DNA of 63,482 bases, filler included, from Stramenopiles sp. TOSAG23-6 (Eukaryota): the NCBI GenBank assembly GCA_900128565.1. It is 7 parts of 7 records of this genome, joined end to end, with 100 filler letters (N's around TTAATTAATTAA, not from the genome) between each part and the next. Parts side by side here need not be neighbours in the genome. Positions count along the whole stretch, not along the records: positions 1 to 10,283 come from LT636323.1; positions 10,384 to 20,644 come from LT636324.1; 5 more parts are not named here. The stretch is one strand, 5' to 3'. Below are positions 1-10,500 of the stretch, one piece after another (the stretch's first letter is position 1; every line of letters begins with the position of its first letter). The translations under genes and the position numbers were made by a program. Under the pieces are notes generated by a model that saw nothing but the letters and a program-made list of their open reading frames with translations, ran no database searches and was not told the origin of the DNA.

Positions 1-291
1 AGAAATCGGAAAGGGTTCGGAAAGGGTTTTTTTTTTTTTTTTTTTTTTTTTGGAAAAAATTTTTAACGAAAAAATTTTTTTTTTTTAAAAAAAAAAAATT
101 TTTTTAAAAATCAGTCAGTACGAAATTTTCATTCATAAAAAAAAAAAAAAAAAACGGAAAGGGTTCGGAAAGGGTTTTTTTTTTTTTTTTTTTTTTTGGT
201 ACAAAATTTCATACGTAACAATTTTTTTTGACTAAAAAAAAAAAATTTTGATTTTTTTTCATAGAGGGTTAGGAGAATTAGGGTTACGTAC

Positions 292-963
292 AAATATTGT
301 GGAAGCCCATTGGCACCATTCCCGTGTTGTCCACGAAAGATTTCGCCCTTTTGCTAAAATGGATGCAGAATCATTCCGAGTTTTAATTTGTTTATAATCA
401 AATCCAAACGTCTTCCACCCCTGTCCTAAATCATTCTTGTGCTTTTTTTCCCATTCAAAAGGCTTCTCAGATGATTTTATGTTTCTATCCAATTCGGCTT
501 TTACATTTTCTTCTTTTACAATATCAACAGATTTTTCGTGTGGTACACAGTTGTATCCATTTTTTTCATAATACACAAACATTGATCCATCAAGTTCCGT
601 ACAAAATCCAACATTACTCTTCATGCACCACATACAGGCCGTTTTCCCAGGAGTATGTAGTCCTGAAACTCCCATCATTGCACATGCACCAGAGCTATAC
701 TGTGCCTTACAGATGTTACCATTGATCTCATGTTCAATATTTCCAGAGCGATACAAAGCAGAAGTTAGACGTGGTGGTGGTGGTTTGTTTATCGCAGTCT
801 GAAGCTCTATAAAAGTTGAGCCTGTAAACATGAGGTTATTTTCCAGAAGTTGTTGGCGAATGGGGTTGTCTGCGTAACACGTAACTGTTGTTGGAACTGC
901 AACAAGTGGGTATACTATGGATAATATTAGAAGAATAATGCCTTCTAGGCCTTCAAATCGCAT
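292..963 (-). CDS. Secreted/membrane protein of unknown function, first exon (3' part lost at contig edge)
   Basis: 234-aa ORF with N-terminal signal peptide and several Cys. The ORF tail runs into a family intron (TTT|GTACGT at 291; internal motif at ~198-216). Confidence 0.55.
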
Positions 964-1267
964 TCAATTCACTTTTGTATTAGATAGATTATACCAGATA
1001 TGCACGAAGTAGTAAGTTATAGTAATATTTTTTGAAAAAGTCTTTTTTCTTTTTTCTTTCTAATATCCGAAAAAATGGAACAAACATGTCTCAAAATTGG
1101 ATCGAAAAAAAAAAAAAAATCATTCGGCCGAATTCTGTCTCGTCGGTTACTTTGATATCCCTAATACAAAGATACGCATTATATTCTATACGTGAAAGAA
1201 TTCTTAAAGAAGCAATCGCTGGGTCTTCTAGATATAGATCAAAGATACATTATATTTTTATAAAGAA

Positions 1268-1852
1268 ATGGGCCTTTTAGATCTTTTGAGAAAATTAAAA
1301 AGTTCTGATAACGAAGCTCGTATACTTGTTCTTGGACTAGATAATGCCGGCAAAACGACGATCTTAAAGAAGTTATCCAAGGAAGAGATTTCTCATATTA
1401 TGCCGACGCAAGGATTCAATATCAAAAAATTAAAGCTTGGAGAATTTAGCCTTAATGTGTGGGATATAGGTGGTCAAAAAACTATTCGTCCATATTGGAG
1501 GAATTATTATGAAAACACAGACTGTCTGATTTATGTTGTCGATAGTGCGGATGAACCTAGACTTGAAGAAGCCTCGCTCGAATTGGCAGAGCTTCTCAAT
1601 GAAGAGAAGCTTTCAAATGCAAATGTACTTGTGTTTGCAAATAAGTCAGACTTATTGAGTGCTGCTCCTGCTGATTCAATATCAAAACTGTTGAGGTTGC
1701 ATAATATTACTGATCGGGAATGGGCAATACAGTCATGTAGCGCTAAAGAAGGCGAAGGTTTGGAGGATGGGCTCGCAACAGTAGTTTCGTGGATGAAAGC
1801 TAAGCGCAGCGGAGGGCGTACATCCGTAGAGGGGAAGAAAAGCTCCAAGTAA
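1268..1852 (+). CDS. ARL3: ADP-ribosylation factor-like GTPase 3
   Basis: [12 protein letters not shown]-terminus, [43 protein letters not shown]; intronless. Confidence 0.93.
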   Translation: MGLLDLLRKLKSSDNEARILVLGLDNAGKTTILKKLSKEEISHIMPTQGFNIKKLKLGEFSLNVWDIGGQKTIRPYWRNYYENTDCLIYVVDSADEPRLEEASLELAELLNEEKLSNANVLVFANKSDLLSAAPADSISKLLRLHNITDREWAIQSCSAKEGEGLEDGLATVVSWMKAKRSGGRTSVEGKKSSK

Positions 1853-2214
1853 AGTCTTTTATCTCGAAATCATTTGTTTTTGCCTCTATAATTTAATGTC
1901 TTTTTGTAGAGAAATTTGAAAAAAATGTTTCGTTTAGAATAAACTTACGTATATATGTATCTATGACGTCATTGTAATGAGACATATACAATTAAATATT
2001 CCTCGGAAAATAGTTTTCGCTTTTTAGATATGTAAAATGTATTGGACAAAAATAATAATAAAAATGATTTTTTCATTCAACTTTTTTCTATCGAGCTTTT
2101 CATCAGATTATTTAAATTTAAATTTAAATTTAAGTTGAGTTTGTTGAATATATAGATTCAACGTAAGTGTGAGACATCAAAATTTGTTTTACATTTTTTA
2201 TTTTTATAGAAAAT

Positions 2215-5200
2215 CTATCTTCTGAAATATCTACGTATGCATATTAAAAGAGATATAGCAAAAAGACATTGGACAAGCATCATCAAAAATAAACTTTCGT
2301 CAACCTTAAGTTTTACTCCGTTGTTTCCACTACTACTACCTAATGGAATGGTATGTATTTTGGAAAAATATTTCAAAAAAAAAACTAAAATTTGTTAGGT
2401 ACAAATTTTCGTACGAAAAAGAATCGAATTTGAAAAAAAATAAAACATACATCATACTGTTTCTCTTTTACATTACTTTGATGATTGAAGGATGAGATCA
2501 ATTCATCATTACTATTCGAATTATACTGAGAATTACTCCACCAAACTGACCTTTCTTGTGAACTGTACTGATCAATAATTGATTGGTCGTTTTGAACATT
2601 TTTCAAAACATGAGAAGGATTTTCCACCAAATTTACCAAAATGTTTGCTAAATTTGTCATATATATACTTAGATGTATTCTCAATATAGTTAGATATATT
2701 GGAATCTTTTGTAAGAAATCACTTGTCATTTTCGCAGAATGCTCATTTTGTTTCTCTGTTTGTTCAAGGGAACGATACAATAATACAAGCGCATTTTCTG
2801 GAGATTCCGCTAATCCCCCTTGACCATTTTCATGCATTAATGCTAAATTGAATGTGCCTTGGGGGTCGCCTAAAGAGCTTGCTGTATTATAGAATTTGGC
2901 TGCGAGATTATGATTGATTTTACCATCACTTGGGCCTTGTTGCCAACTATGTCCCATCATATGTTTACGACCATAAAATGCCGCATTTCCTAACCAGAGA
3001 GCAGCCTCTGGACTGCCACCAAGATGTACTGTGAAGAAATATGTTTAGAAAAAAAATGTTAGGTACGGAATTTGGTATGAAATATGAACCAAATTGATTG
3101 TAAAAGCGTACATTAGATTGTTCATAATGATGTTCCGCTATAGCAGGTGCATTAAGCTTCTCATCGAATATATATGCAGCATTGTTCAAACCTGTTTCGT
3201 ATCCCATTTCTCCGCCTTCTACAAATCGTATCACTGCACCTGTGTAGTCTTTTGCAAGAAAACGATTAAATCCTCTTCGGATAACGCCTCCCCATTCTCC
3301 ACCTTCTGCCGCTGCACGAAGATACGCAACAGCTAAATGGCAGTTTCTATCGGCTCCTTTACCTCGTAGATGAACGTCCTTGCCTAATGTATATATACTA
3401 TTGAAATGGCCAAACCGAGAAGCAGCCTGTTCAAAAAAGTAACGCGCTCGGGTATAATTTCGAGGAGTTCCATTGCCTTCAAAATGCATTGTACCTGCAT
3501 TGAAAAATGAATCAGCATTTCCTCCAGCCTTGGCTGCACGCTCAAAATATTCCAGGGCAAGGGTCTTATTTTCTGGTACACCTTGTCCATTGAAATGACA
3601 GTAGCCTAATCCATTCATCGCACCCCAATCATTTTGCTTCGCTGCTTTCTTATAGAGTTCGACAGCTTTCGTCGCATTGTGAGCGACTCCTTCTCCTCTA
3701 ATTAAACAATTTGCAGCATTCATTTGTCCTTCGGCATCGCCAAGCTCAGCAGCGCGATTGAAATATTCATAAGCTCTGCGCTGATCTCTTGGCATTCCAC
3801 GTGCCCCAAAATAATATAACGCACCAGTTGCAATCATCGACGGTATGTGCCCTTGTTCTGCCCGAATCTGTTGGTATTGAATCATTGCGTCACTTTCACC
3901 TCGTTGACCTATCGCCACAAAGTTTTCTGATATCTTTGATAAACGAGGCATCTCATTCAATGGTTGGCGCCCTGTTGAATGGAATCTGTTGTATGATTCA
4001 GAAGCTACATGGGAATAATACATCAGTGCTGCTTCACATGCTCTATCTAAAGATGGTGAAAGACCATTAATCACAGATCCAGGAGGATGTATAGGTTTAC
4101 CATGATGACCATTTATATGTCGATAGGCCAATGATAACTTTGCTTCAAACGATCCCAGGACAGTTGCTACCATGAACATCCCAGTAACTTTTGCTTTCGA
4201 CAAAGCTAGATCTTTTGCATTTCGAATATCTCTTGTTGATGGAGCAATACGTGCAGATTGCCATACTGCTAACGAATATACTGCATCTGCATTACCACAG
4301 AGAGAAGCATCGCGCATTAAATTTTCCCCACGTATCATGTCCCTCGGAAAGTACAATACCTTAGATAATGAAGTTTCTTCGTCGCAAAAATATGTACCTG
4401 TGAAGAGTATACGACTATAAATAATCATTCCTTCCACTTCATGATAAGCAACACTTTCTTCTAATAAGTTCATTATTTCATGCATGTCAGCATTCTTACA
4501 TTTATTTAAAAGTTTTTTTGCATTCATTGCCCGAGAGGTAGAACCTTTTAAAGCTTCTTTCTTTGTTGTAATACTAGTATCTGTATCATTTTCTATAGTT
4601 AGCGCATTTATTTCATTATTATTTTCATGGGATTCATTATCATTTTCGAAACTCAAATCTTTCGTAAAATCTTCGAAAGTCTTACATTGATCACTTTCTT
4701 GAGTATTAAGAATAGTCTTCAACATTTTAGTTGCATAACCTTCTGCTGTATTATTATCCGATAAACTATACCTCCAATGAATACTATCACTTTTTGTGTT
4801 TTCATTTTCCTTTTCTTTATTCTCTCTACTTACAGTCTTAGCACTCATTCTAGAGACTGTTTCTATTTTAACCGCGGCTTCTTCTTCAATTTGCCAAATG
4901 TCTAATACCCCAGGAAATATTTTNAATCGTGAGATCAAACCTCGAAATCCAGGAAACCACGGATCACCACCAATGTACAGATTACCGTCATTAAAAAGGA
5001 CTTCATCATTAAGACTCATCGACACATCAAGAACACCATTTATATATAATGATACTGTAAAATTGTTTTCTGAAATAGTTGATGTATTGTGAAATTTGAA
5101 GGCTAAATGTGTCCATTTCTTCAAAGGAATAAAACTCTGACTCTCACCACCCACATCTTGATGTTGTACAGTGCTTACTTTCATTGTGATGCGCGAAGAG

Positions 5201-5758
5201 CCTGGCAATAACCATGCTGATGGTGTCCTTTGGCCATTAGAGAGACCTTTATAAAATATTCCTCTAAAATGTTCAGCAGGATTGTTCTCGGCAATAAAGA
5301 CCCACATACTTATCGTCCAATTTCCACTGGTGACTTTCGCATTATTTGTGCCAATTTTCTCGGATTTCCCGGAAGTAAAAGAATTATCATTCAATCTATT
5401 ATGTGATACTTCTATGCCATTACTTCCATCAAGTGCTAAAGTCCCTGTGCTATAAATGTATTGTGAAAAGTAAATGTTTTAATTATAAAATTTGTCAGGT
5501 ACAAATTATTTGAAATTGTAGGGTCAAAACCACAAAAAAATGATAACTTTGAAAGTCAAATGAAAACGCGTATAATCGTACACTTCAAAAAAAATGTTAG
5601 GTACAGAATTTTCTATCATAACACGATGAATTTGAAATTCAAATGAACACGTACATTTCTGCAAAACGAGACAACTTTGACTTTTTTGAAAGGAGGATGT
5701 TTTTATCAATAACTAAGGAAGAAGATCGGCCTTTACATTTTTTAACCGTAAACAGCCC
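2215..5758 (-). CDS. SEL1-repeat protein with LamG/concanavalin-like domain and C-terminal TM (SEL1L/Hrd3-like), 5' incomplete
   Basis: LamG-like WTHLAF..LYING and multiple SEL1 repeats. Removing introns 5456-5654, 3024-3111 and 2353-2450 gives one frame ending ...LFLMMLVQCLFAISLLICIRRYFRR* (stop 2215-2217). Confidence 0.8.
2353..2450 (-). other. Family intron GT-AT
   Basis: GAT|GTATGTTTT...GTACCTAAC...AAAATACAT|ACC; restores the C-terminal TM exon. Confidence 0.8.
3024..3111 (-). other. Family intron GT-AT
   Basis: AAT|GTACGC...CAGTACAT|CTT; gives EQSN|LGGSPEAALWLG, in frame with the next ORF. Confidence 0.8.
5456..5654 (-). other. Composite family intron GT-AT (two internal motifs)
   Basis: GAA AT|GTACGT...CAATACAT|T TAT; in frame with the 809-aa ORF. 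Confidence 0.7.
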
Positions 5759-5857
5759 ATGTATTACGAAAAAATATTTCAAAAAAAAAAAAAAATTGTT
5801 AGGTACAAAATTTCGTATGAAAAAATATTCATCCCGAAAATCATGATGAAAACGTAC
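5759..5857 (-). other. Family intron GT-AT at the Sec24/SEL1 junction
   Basis: CAT|GTACGTTTT...GTAATACAT|GGG. Confidence 0.65.
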
Positions 5858-7276
5858 ATGGAACAGTATTTGAGAAACCGCAAATGTTACATTTCCAACG
5901 TCGTCCATTTATTGTAGGAAAATATTCGATATAGTACAAATCTGTTAGGTATGAAAAAAAAAATGAATTAAAAAAAAAAAAAAAAAAAATTCAATTTTGT
6001 TTTGTTAGGTACAAAATTTACTATGAAAAAAAAATAGTACGTACATGGTCTTGAAAGGTTACAAATGGATTTATATAAGCCCTACAACGTTCACATCGCA
6101 CAACTCCACAAGCACCAAAATTGACTACAGGTATTTTTTCATTTTCTTTAGCGGGTGCAAGTGGTCGTATGATACATCCTAATGGCATTTGTGATGCTTT
6201 TGCCATTTGAGCTGATTTTGGGAAAACTTTTGTTGAAAGTCTCCTATAATTTTTAAAAATATTTCAAAATTTTTGATTTTTTATTAGGTACANTNAGTAT
6301 GAAGCAAAATAACATTGAAGTGATCTATGTCATAGAAATCATAGAAATAGACACGAGANACAATTGAAGGATATACTCAACACCCAATAAGTAATACTCA
6401 AAGTCTTTAAAAAAAAATAAATACATTATTATTGACAACTTACATGTACCTCTCATCACATTGAAATTCTTCTTCAATTTGTACCGCATGTTGCTGAACA
6501 GCTGCTTGACCAGGAGCACGACCATGTGTGTTAGGGTACCTACCTGGTTGACCTGGTCTCATGTGTTGCATATGATTCGGTGGTGGTCTGCCATGCATNG
6601 NACCACCNGGTGGAGGATGGGAACCAGGTGGAGGTTGGGAACCAACAGAGTTCATAGGAGGAGCCGGTCTTCCTCCACCCATCATATTATTCATCATAGC
6701 ACTTGGGGGACCACGCCCTCCCATTGGAGAAGGCATAGTATGACTCATTGATGGTGGCGGTGGAGCCATTTGTCCCGACGTTGTTGGTGGAGCTCCGTTC
6801 ATTGAACGAGGAGGTGGTCCTCTTGGAGGGCCAGACATCATTGTTCCAGTCGGTGGTCCTCCCATCATTGATCCAGTTGGTGGTGCACCTACACTCGATG
6901 TTGGTNGTGGTGCTCCTCCCCCCATTGAGTACTGATTATTTGGTGGAACAACTGCAGTATTTGAAAAAGCATGATTAAACGGGTTCGCCTGAGCAGGTGG
7001 TACCTGGGGCTGAGAAACATTTGGCACTCCATATTGTCCNGGAGCAGGTGGTCTACCCATTTGACTGGGGGGAGCATTAAAAGCAGGTGGTGCACCAAAA
7101 GACGTTCGAGGGACAGTTCCCATTGGTGGAGGCATATGCGACATACCAGGAGGACCTGGAGGAATTCCTCGTGGGACCCCCCCCATCATTGGCATTGCTG
7201 GTTTGTTAGCTCCAGGAGCTGATGGTGCACTCCGTGCACTATAGGAAGGAATATTTGGAGGAGGAGCCCCGTACAT
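5858..7276 (-). CDS. SEC24: COPII coat protein Sec24, 5' part only (Pro-rich N-terminus + zinc finger)
   Basis: Spliced: CDERYM|RLSTKVFP...PLGCIIRPLA...VVRCERCRAYINPFVTFQDH|GRRWKCNICGFSNTVP. Introns 6244-6443 and 5907-6044. The rest of the gene is absent. Confidence 0.88.
5907..6044 (-). other. Family intron GT-AT
   Basis: Restores the Sec24 zinc finger QDH|GRRWKCNIC. Confidence 0.85.
6244..6443 (-). other. GT-AG intron carrying the family 3' motif
   Basis: AT|GTAAGT...GTACCTAAT...TATAG|G; RYM|RLST. Confidence 0.85.
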
Positions 7277-7868
7277 TCTGAACACACACAACGACTATTC
7301 ACTACACGATAAGAAACTCACAACAAGCTCAATTTATTCTTCCGATGGCTCTAATATACGTAATAATATTCTGAGCGTGTGGATGTCGTTTGTTGAAGAA
7401 GAAGAAGAGGAGAAGACTTCAAAACGAGTTGAGAGACTGAGTTCGAGTTGAGATTAAATTTTCGAAACAAAATTGTTCTAGATTTCGTGTTTCGTAAAAG
7501 ATCCCAAGTCCTATAATGTAAACTGTAAACTCTTTGGAATAAACACAATTTACCATATTAATTGTAGAATATATATATAATTGCTTTACTGTGTTATTGT
7601 TTTATTGTGTTCGTCTGTTAGTNTGTGCGTGTAAAGTGAGTACGTCTATATATTTTTTAGACTTTTTTAAAGATTTTTAGAAAAAAAAAAATTGAAAAAA
7701 AATTGAAAAATAAAAATGAAATTTCTTTTAACTTTTTTTTTTTATTTTCTATATTATAATAATATCACACCCCATGCATATGACGGTGTTTGAATTATTT
7801 TTATTTTGTAAAGAAAGAACACAGTAGAGTTTGATGTCTTATTTCAATTTCTTTTCCTATACTAATTT

Positions 7869-9902
7869 TTAGACTAATAAATTGAACATTAAAGTTCCAT
7901 CCTTTTTTGCTTGGACTGAATTTTTTTCATCTTTGATTCTGTTATTATTAAATGACATAAAAAACGGATTATTTTGTGAACCAAATGAAAATGATCTCAT
8001 TTTCCGCTTTACATTGGAAATATCTTCTTCAATTACATCAATAACATCAATTTCGTTGTCATTCTGGTCAACTTCAACAATATTTTGACTTTGATGCTTT
8101 GAGTTAGGGTTATATATCCCATGTCGTAATGTTGTTGTAATTGTTTCAGCTATTTCAGCCCATGTCGTCTTTTTATTCGTATCAATGGGAGAGTACCCTG
8201 AACATGAGTGTTTTGAGTTTATTTTTGAATGTTTTGTGTATATTTTGGCTTTTGTAGGCTTCTTTTTGTTTTGTGTTACATAATTTGTCTTTTGTGTTTT
8301 TAGTGTTTTTAGTGGTTGTTGTGTTTTTGTTGTATTTTTGTGTTTTGTATTATTTTTATCGTTTCTATTATTTAGTAAATTATTTTCTATTTGTATGGAA
8401 TTGTGTAAAGCATCTGATGGATGACATATTATTTCATCAGTCATAATATCTTGGAAGTTTTCTCTGAGATGCCTCACATCTTTTTTCTCACCATACCTAC
8501 ACCAAAAAAAAAGGAGTTGATCGACAGCACAACTAAATCTATACGAAAATTCTTTACCTAAACTATTATTTACTGTCATTCCTGTCATTGAAGCAATTGA
8601 TAGTATTTTCTGTTGTGTTTTTTCTTTTTCTATATTCTGATGTGTTTGGTTCATGTTGATCATGCTATGATGAATTAAACGTTCAAAAATAGATGACTCA
8701 TTCAATTGACAAGCAGCTCTATTCCATAGACTACCTAGTTGAAATAAATTTAACCCTGCACTCACACACTTTTGTAATAAAACTGTNGTNCATCGTAATG
8801 TTAAACAAGATTTCTCTTCTAGACCTAAACGTAGTAACTTTTGTTCAAGTGTGTCATAGGCGACGTCTAAAGATCTAATCCATTTTCGAACATCTGTAGA
8901 AAATGCTTCTTTGGATTGTCTCCAGTGTAACCAACAAAATTCAGCTTCAGATAATTCCGTCACAGGNGGCAAAATTAAGCCATGATCGATAGGTACAAGT
9001 TTTTGTTTTGATTGTTGTGAAGCACGGCGTTGTATAATTGGTTTTTGTGTTGTTTGATGNTCACNAAGAGGAGTAGAGTTGAANTGGAGAGGTTCATCAC
9101 TNGAACCTTCCGACACTAATAAATTCCCACAATGTCGGTCTGTATTGAATAGCCATAAATCTAACAGTCCAATACGATGAACACAATCTTTATCAAATAG
9201 ACTTGGTCCTATATCCTCTGATGTACAAGCATGAGGTACGTATTCTTGGAGAGATCCAATCCCAGTTCCTCGNAACTCGTTTTTTTTCATTTTTAATGTT
9301 TTGAGTGTTGTTTCTTCAAAATTGTCACTAAGAATAGAGGAGGAACCTTGATGATGATGTGAAATTATCTCATTCATAAGCTTCATATGAGTACTGCTCC
9401 TTATATCTTTCTCCATGACTGGATTTTCTGGACTTGTTGCTTGAACCAATGCCGTTTTTGGAACTACAGGTGAAAGTTTGGACAACTCAGACACAGTTTT
9501 ATCAAGCATATACGCTGCAACTTCTCTCATGGCTCCCTGACCAACAACAAAACCTCTTCTATGTGGATGTATCGAACCTTGGGTTAGTGCTTCAGCATTG
9601 CCTTCATTCTTGACGAGGACGACTTCCTCCCTGCATGGTTTAAATATTGCTACAGGGTCAGAATATTTTGAATCGTTTTCGTCAAATACTGCATATACAC
9701 CACCAACATTTCCGGCTGATATTGGCTCTAATCGAGTAACAGCTGATGTACGGCATTCGTCATCTACTGGGATGCGTTCGCCTGACCAAATCGGAGCTTC
9801 GCTATTCTGAACTGCAGAAATAAACGCTCTGCTTCCTGCATCTTGGTTACTACTACTCAACAAGGTAATGCGTCTCGATAAAGCAGCTCCACGAGATATC
9901 AT
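7869..9902 (-). CDS. Type II phosphatidylinositol 4-kinase gamma-like kinase
   Basis: AIFKP, REVAAYMLD, GSLQEYVPH, DLWLFNTDRHCGNLL, LVPIDHGL motifs; intronless. Confidence 0.88.
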   Translation of the reverse strand: MISRGAALSRRITLLSSSNQDAGSRAFISAVQNSEAPIWSGERIPVDDECRTSAVTRLEPISAGNVGGVYAVFDENDSKYSDPVAIFKPCREEVVLVKNEGNAEALTQGSIHPHRRGFVVGQGAMREVAAYMLDKTVSELSKLSPVVPKTALVQATSPENPVMEKDIRSSTHMKLMNEIISHHHQGSSSILSDNFEETTLKTLKMKKNEXRGTGIGSLQEYVPHACTSEDIGPSLFDKDCVHRIGLLDLWLFNTDRHCGNLLVSEGXSDEPLXFNSTPLXXHQTTQKPIIQRRASQQSKQKLVPIDHGLILXPVTELSEAEFCWLHWRQSKEAFSTDVRKWIRSLDVAYDTLEQKLLRLGLEEKSCLTLRXXTVLLQKCVSAGLNLFQLGSLWNRAACQLNESSIFERLIHHSMINMNQTHQNIEKEKTQQKILSIASMTGMTVNNSLGKEFSYRFSCAVDQLLFFWCRYGEKKDVRHLRENFQDIMTDEIICHPSDALHNSIQIENNLLNNRNDKNNTKHKNTTKTQQPLKTLKTQKTNYVTQNKKKPTKAKIYTKHSKINSKHSCSGYSPIDTNKKTTWAEIAETITTTLRHGIYNPNSKHQSQNIVEVDQNDNEIDVIDVIEEDISNVKRKMRSFSFGSQNNPFFMSFNNNRIKDEKNSVQAKKDGTLMFNLLV

Positions 9903-10283
9903 ACTTTAGATGTAGTAGAAATATACAAATTCTGTCTACCAACACTAATGTTACTAATAACTATATATAATATCGCTCTACCTACAACGCAATACTAATG
10001 CGAATTCACACACCAACCAATTTGTGTTGAATCTAAAAAAAGAACACAAAAGAACAAAATCTTTTTCTTTGTCGTTTCTGGAAGAATTCTGTAAGCGAGC
10101 GAGTTCCTTTGTCAGCAGGCAGCAGCTGTTCAAAAAAAAAAACTGTAGCAAAATGGTACAAAAATAAAAAATTTGAAAATGCCACGTCGCAATGAAAAGA
10201 TATAGTACCGGGTATCAGTCAGTTCTGATCCACACACGAAAAACCAAAACCAAAATAAATGTAAAAAGTATACAGTGTTCAGC

Positions 10284-10383
10284 NNNNNNNNNNNNNNNNN
10301 NNNNNNNNNNNNNNNNNNNNNNNNNNNTTAATTAATTAANNNNNNNNNNNNNNNNNNNNNNNNNNNNNNNNNNNNNNNNNNNN
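10284..10383. other. Artificial contig linker (N-TTAATTAATTAA-N); identical linkers at 20645-20744, 31004-31103, 41351-41450, 51693-51792, 62012-62111
   Basis: 100-nt N blocks with a six-frame stop cassette. Contig lengths decrease monotonically (10261, 10259, 10247, 10242, 10219). Confidence 0.97.
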
Positions 10384-10500
10384 TTTCNTCNTGATTTTNA
10401 GATTTTTTTTTTATAGAAAATTTTGTACCTAAACAAAAAAGTTTTTTTTTTACGATGAAAATTTTGTACCTGACAATTTTTTTTGAAATATTTTTCACAG

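Noticed and set aside
1-200. CGGAAAGGGTT tandem units among long A/T runs (variant telomere?)
   Set aside because: Resembles degraded Illumina adapter (AGATCGGAAGAGCGGTT) in low-quality contig-end sequence.
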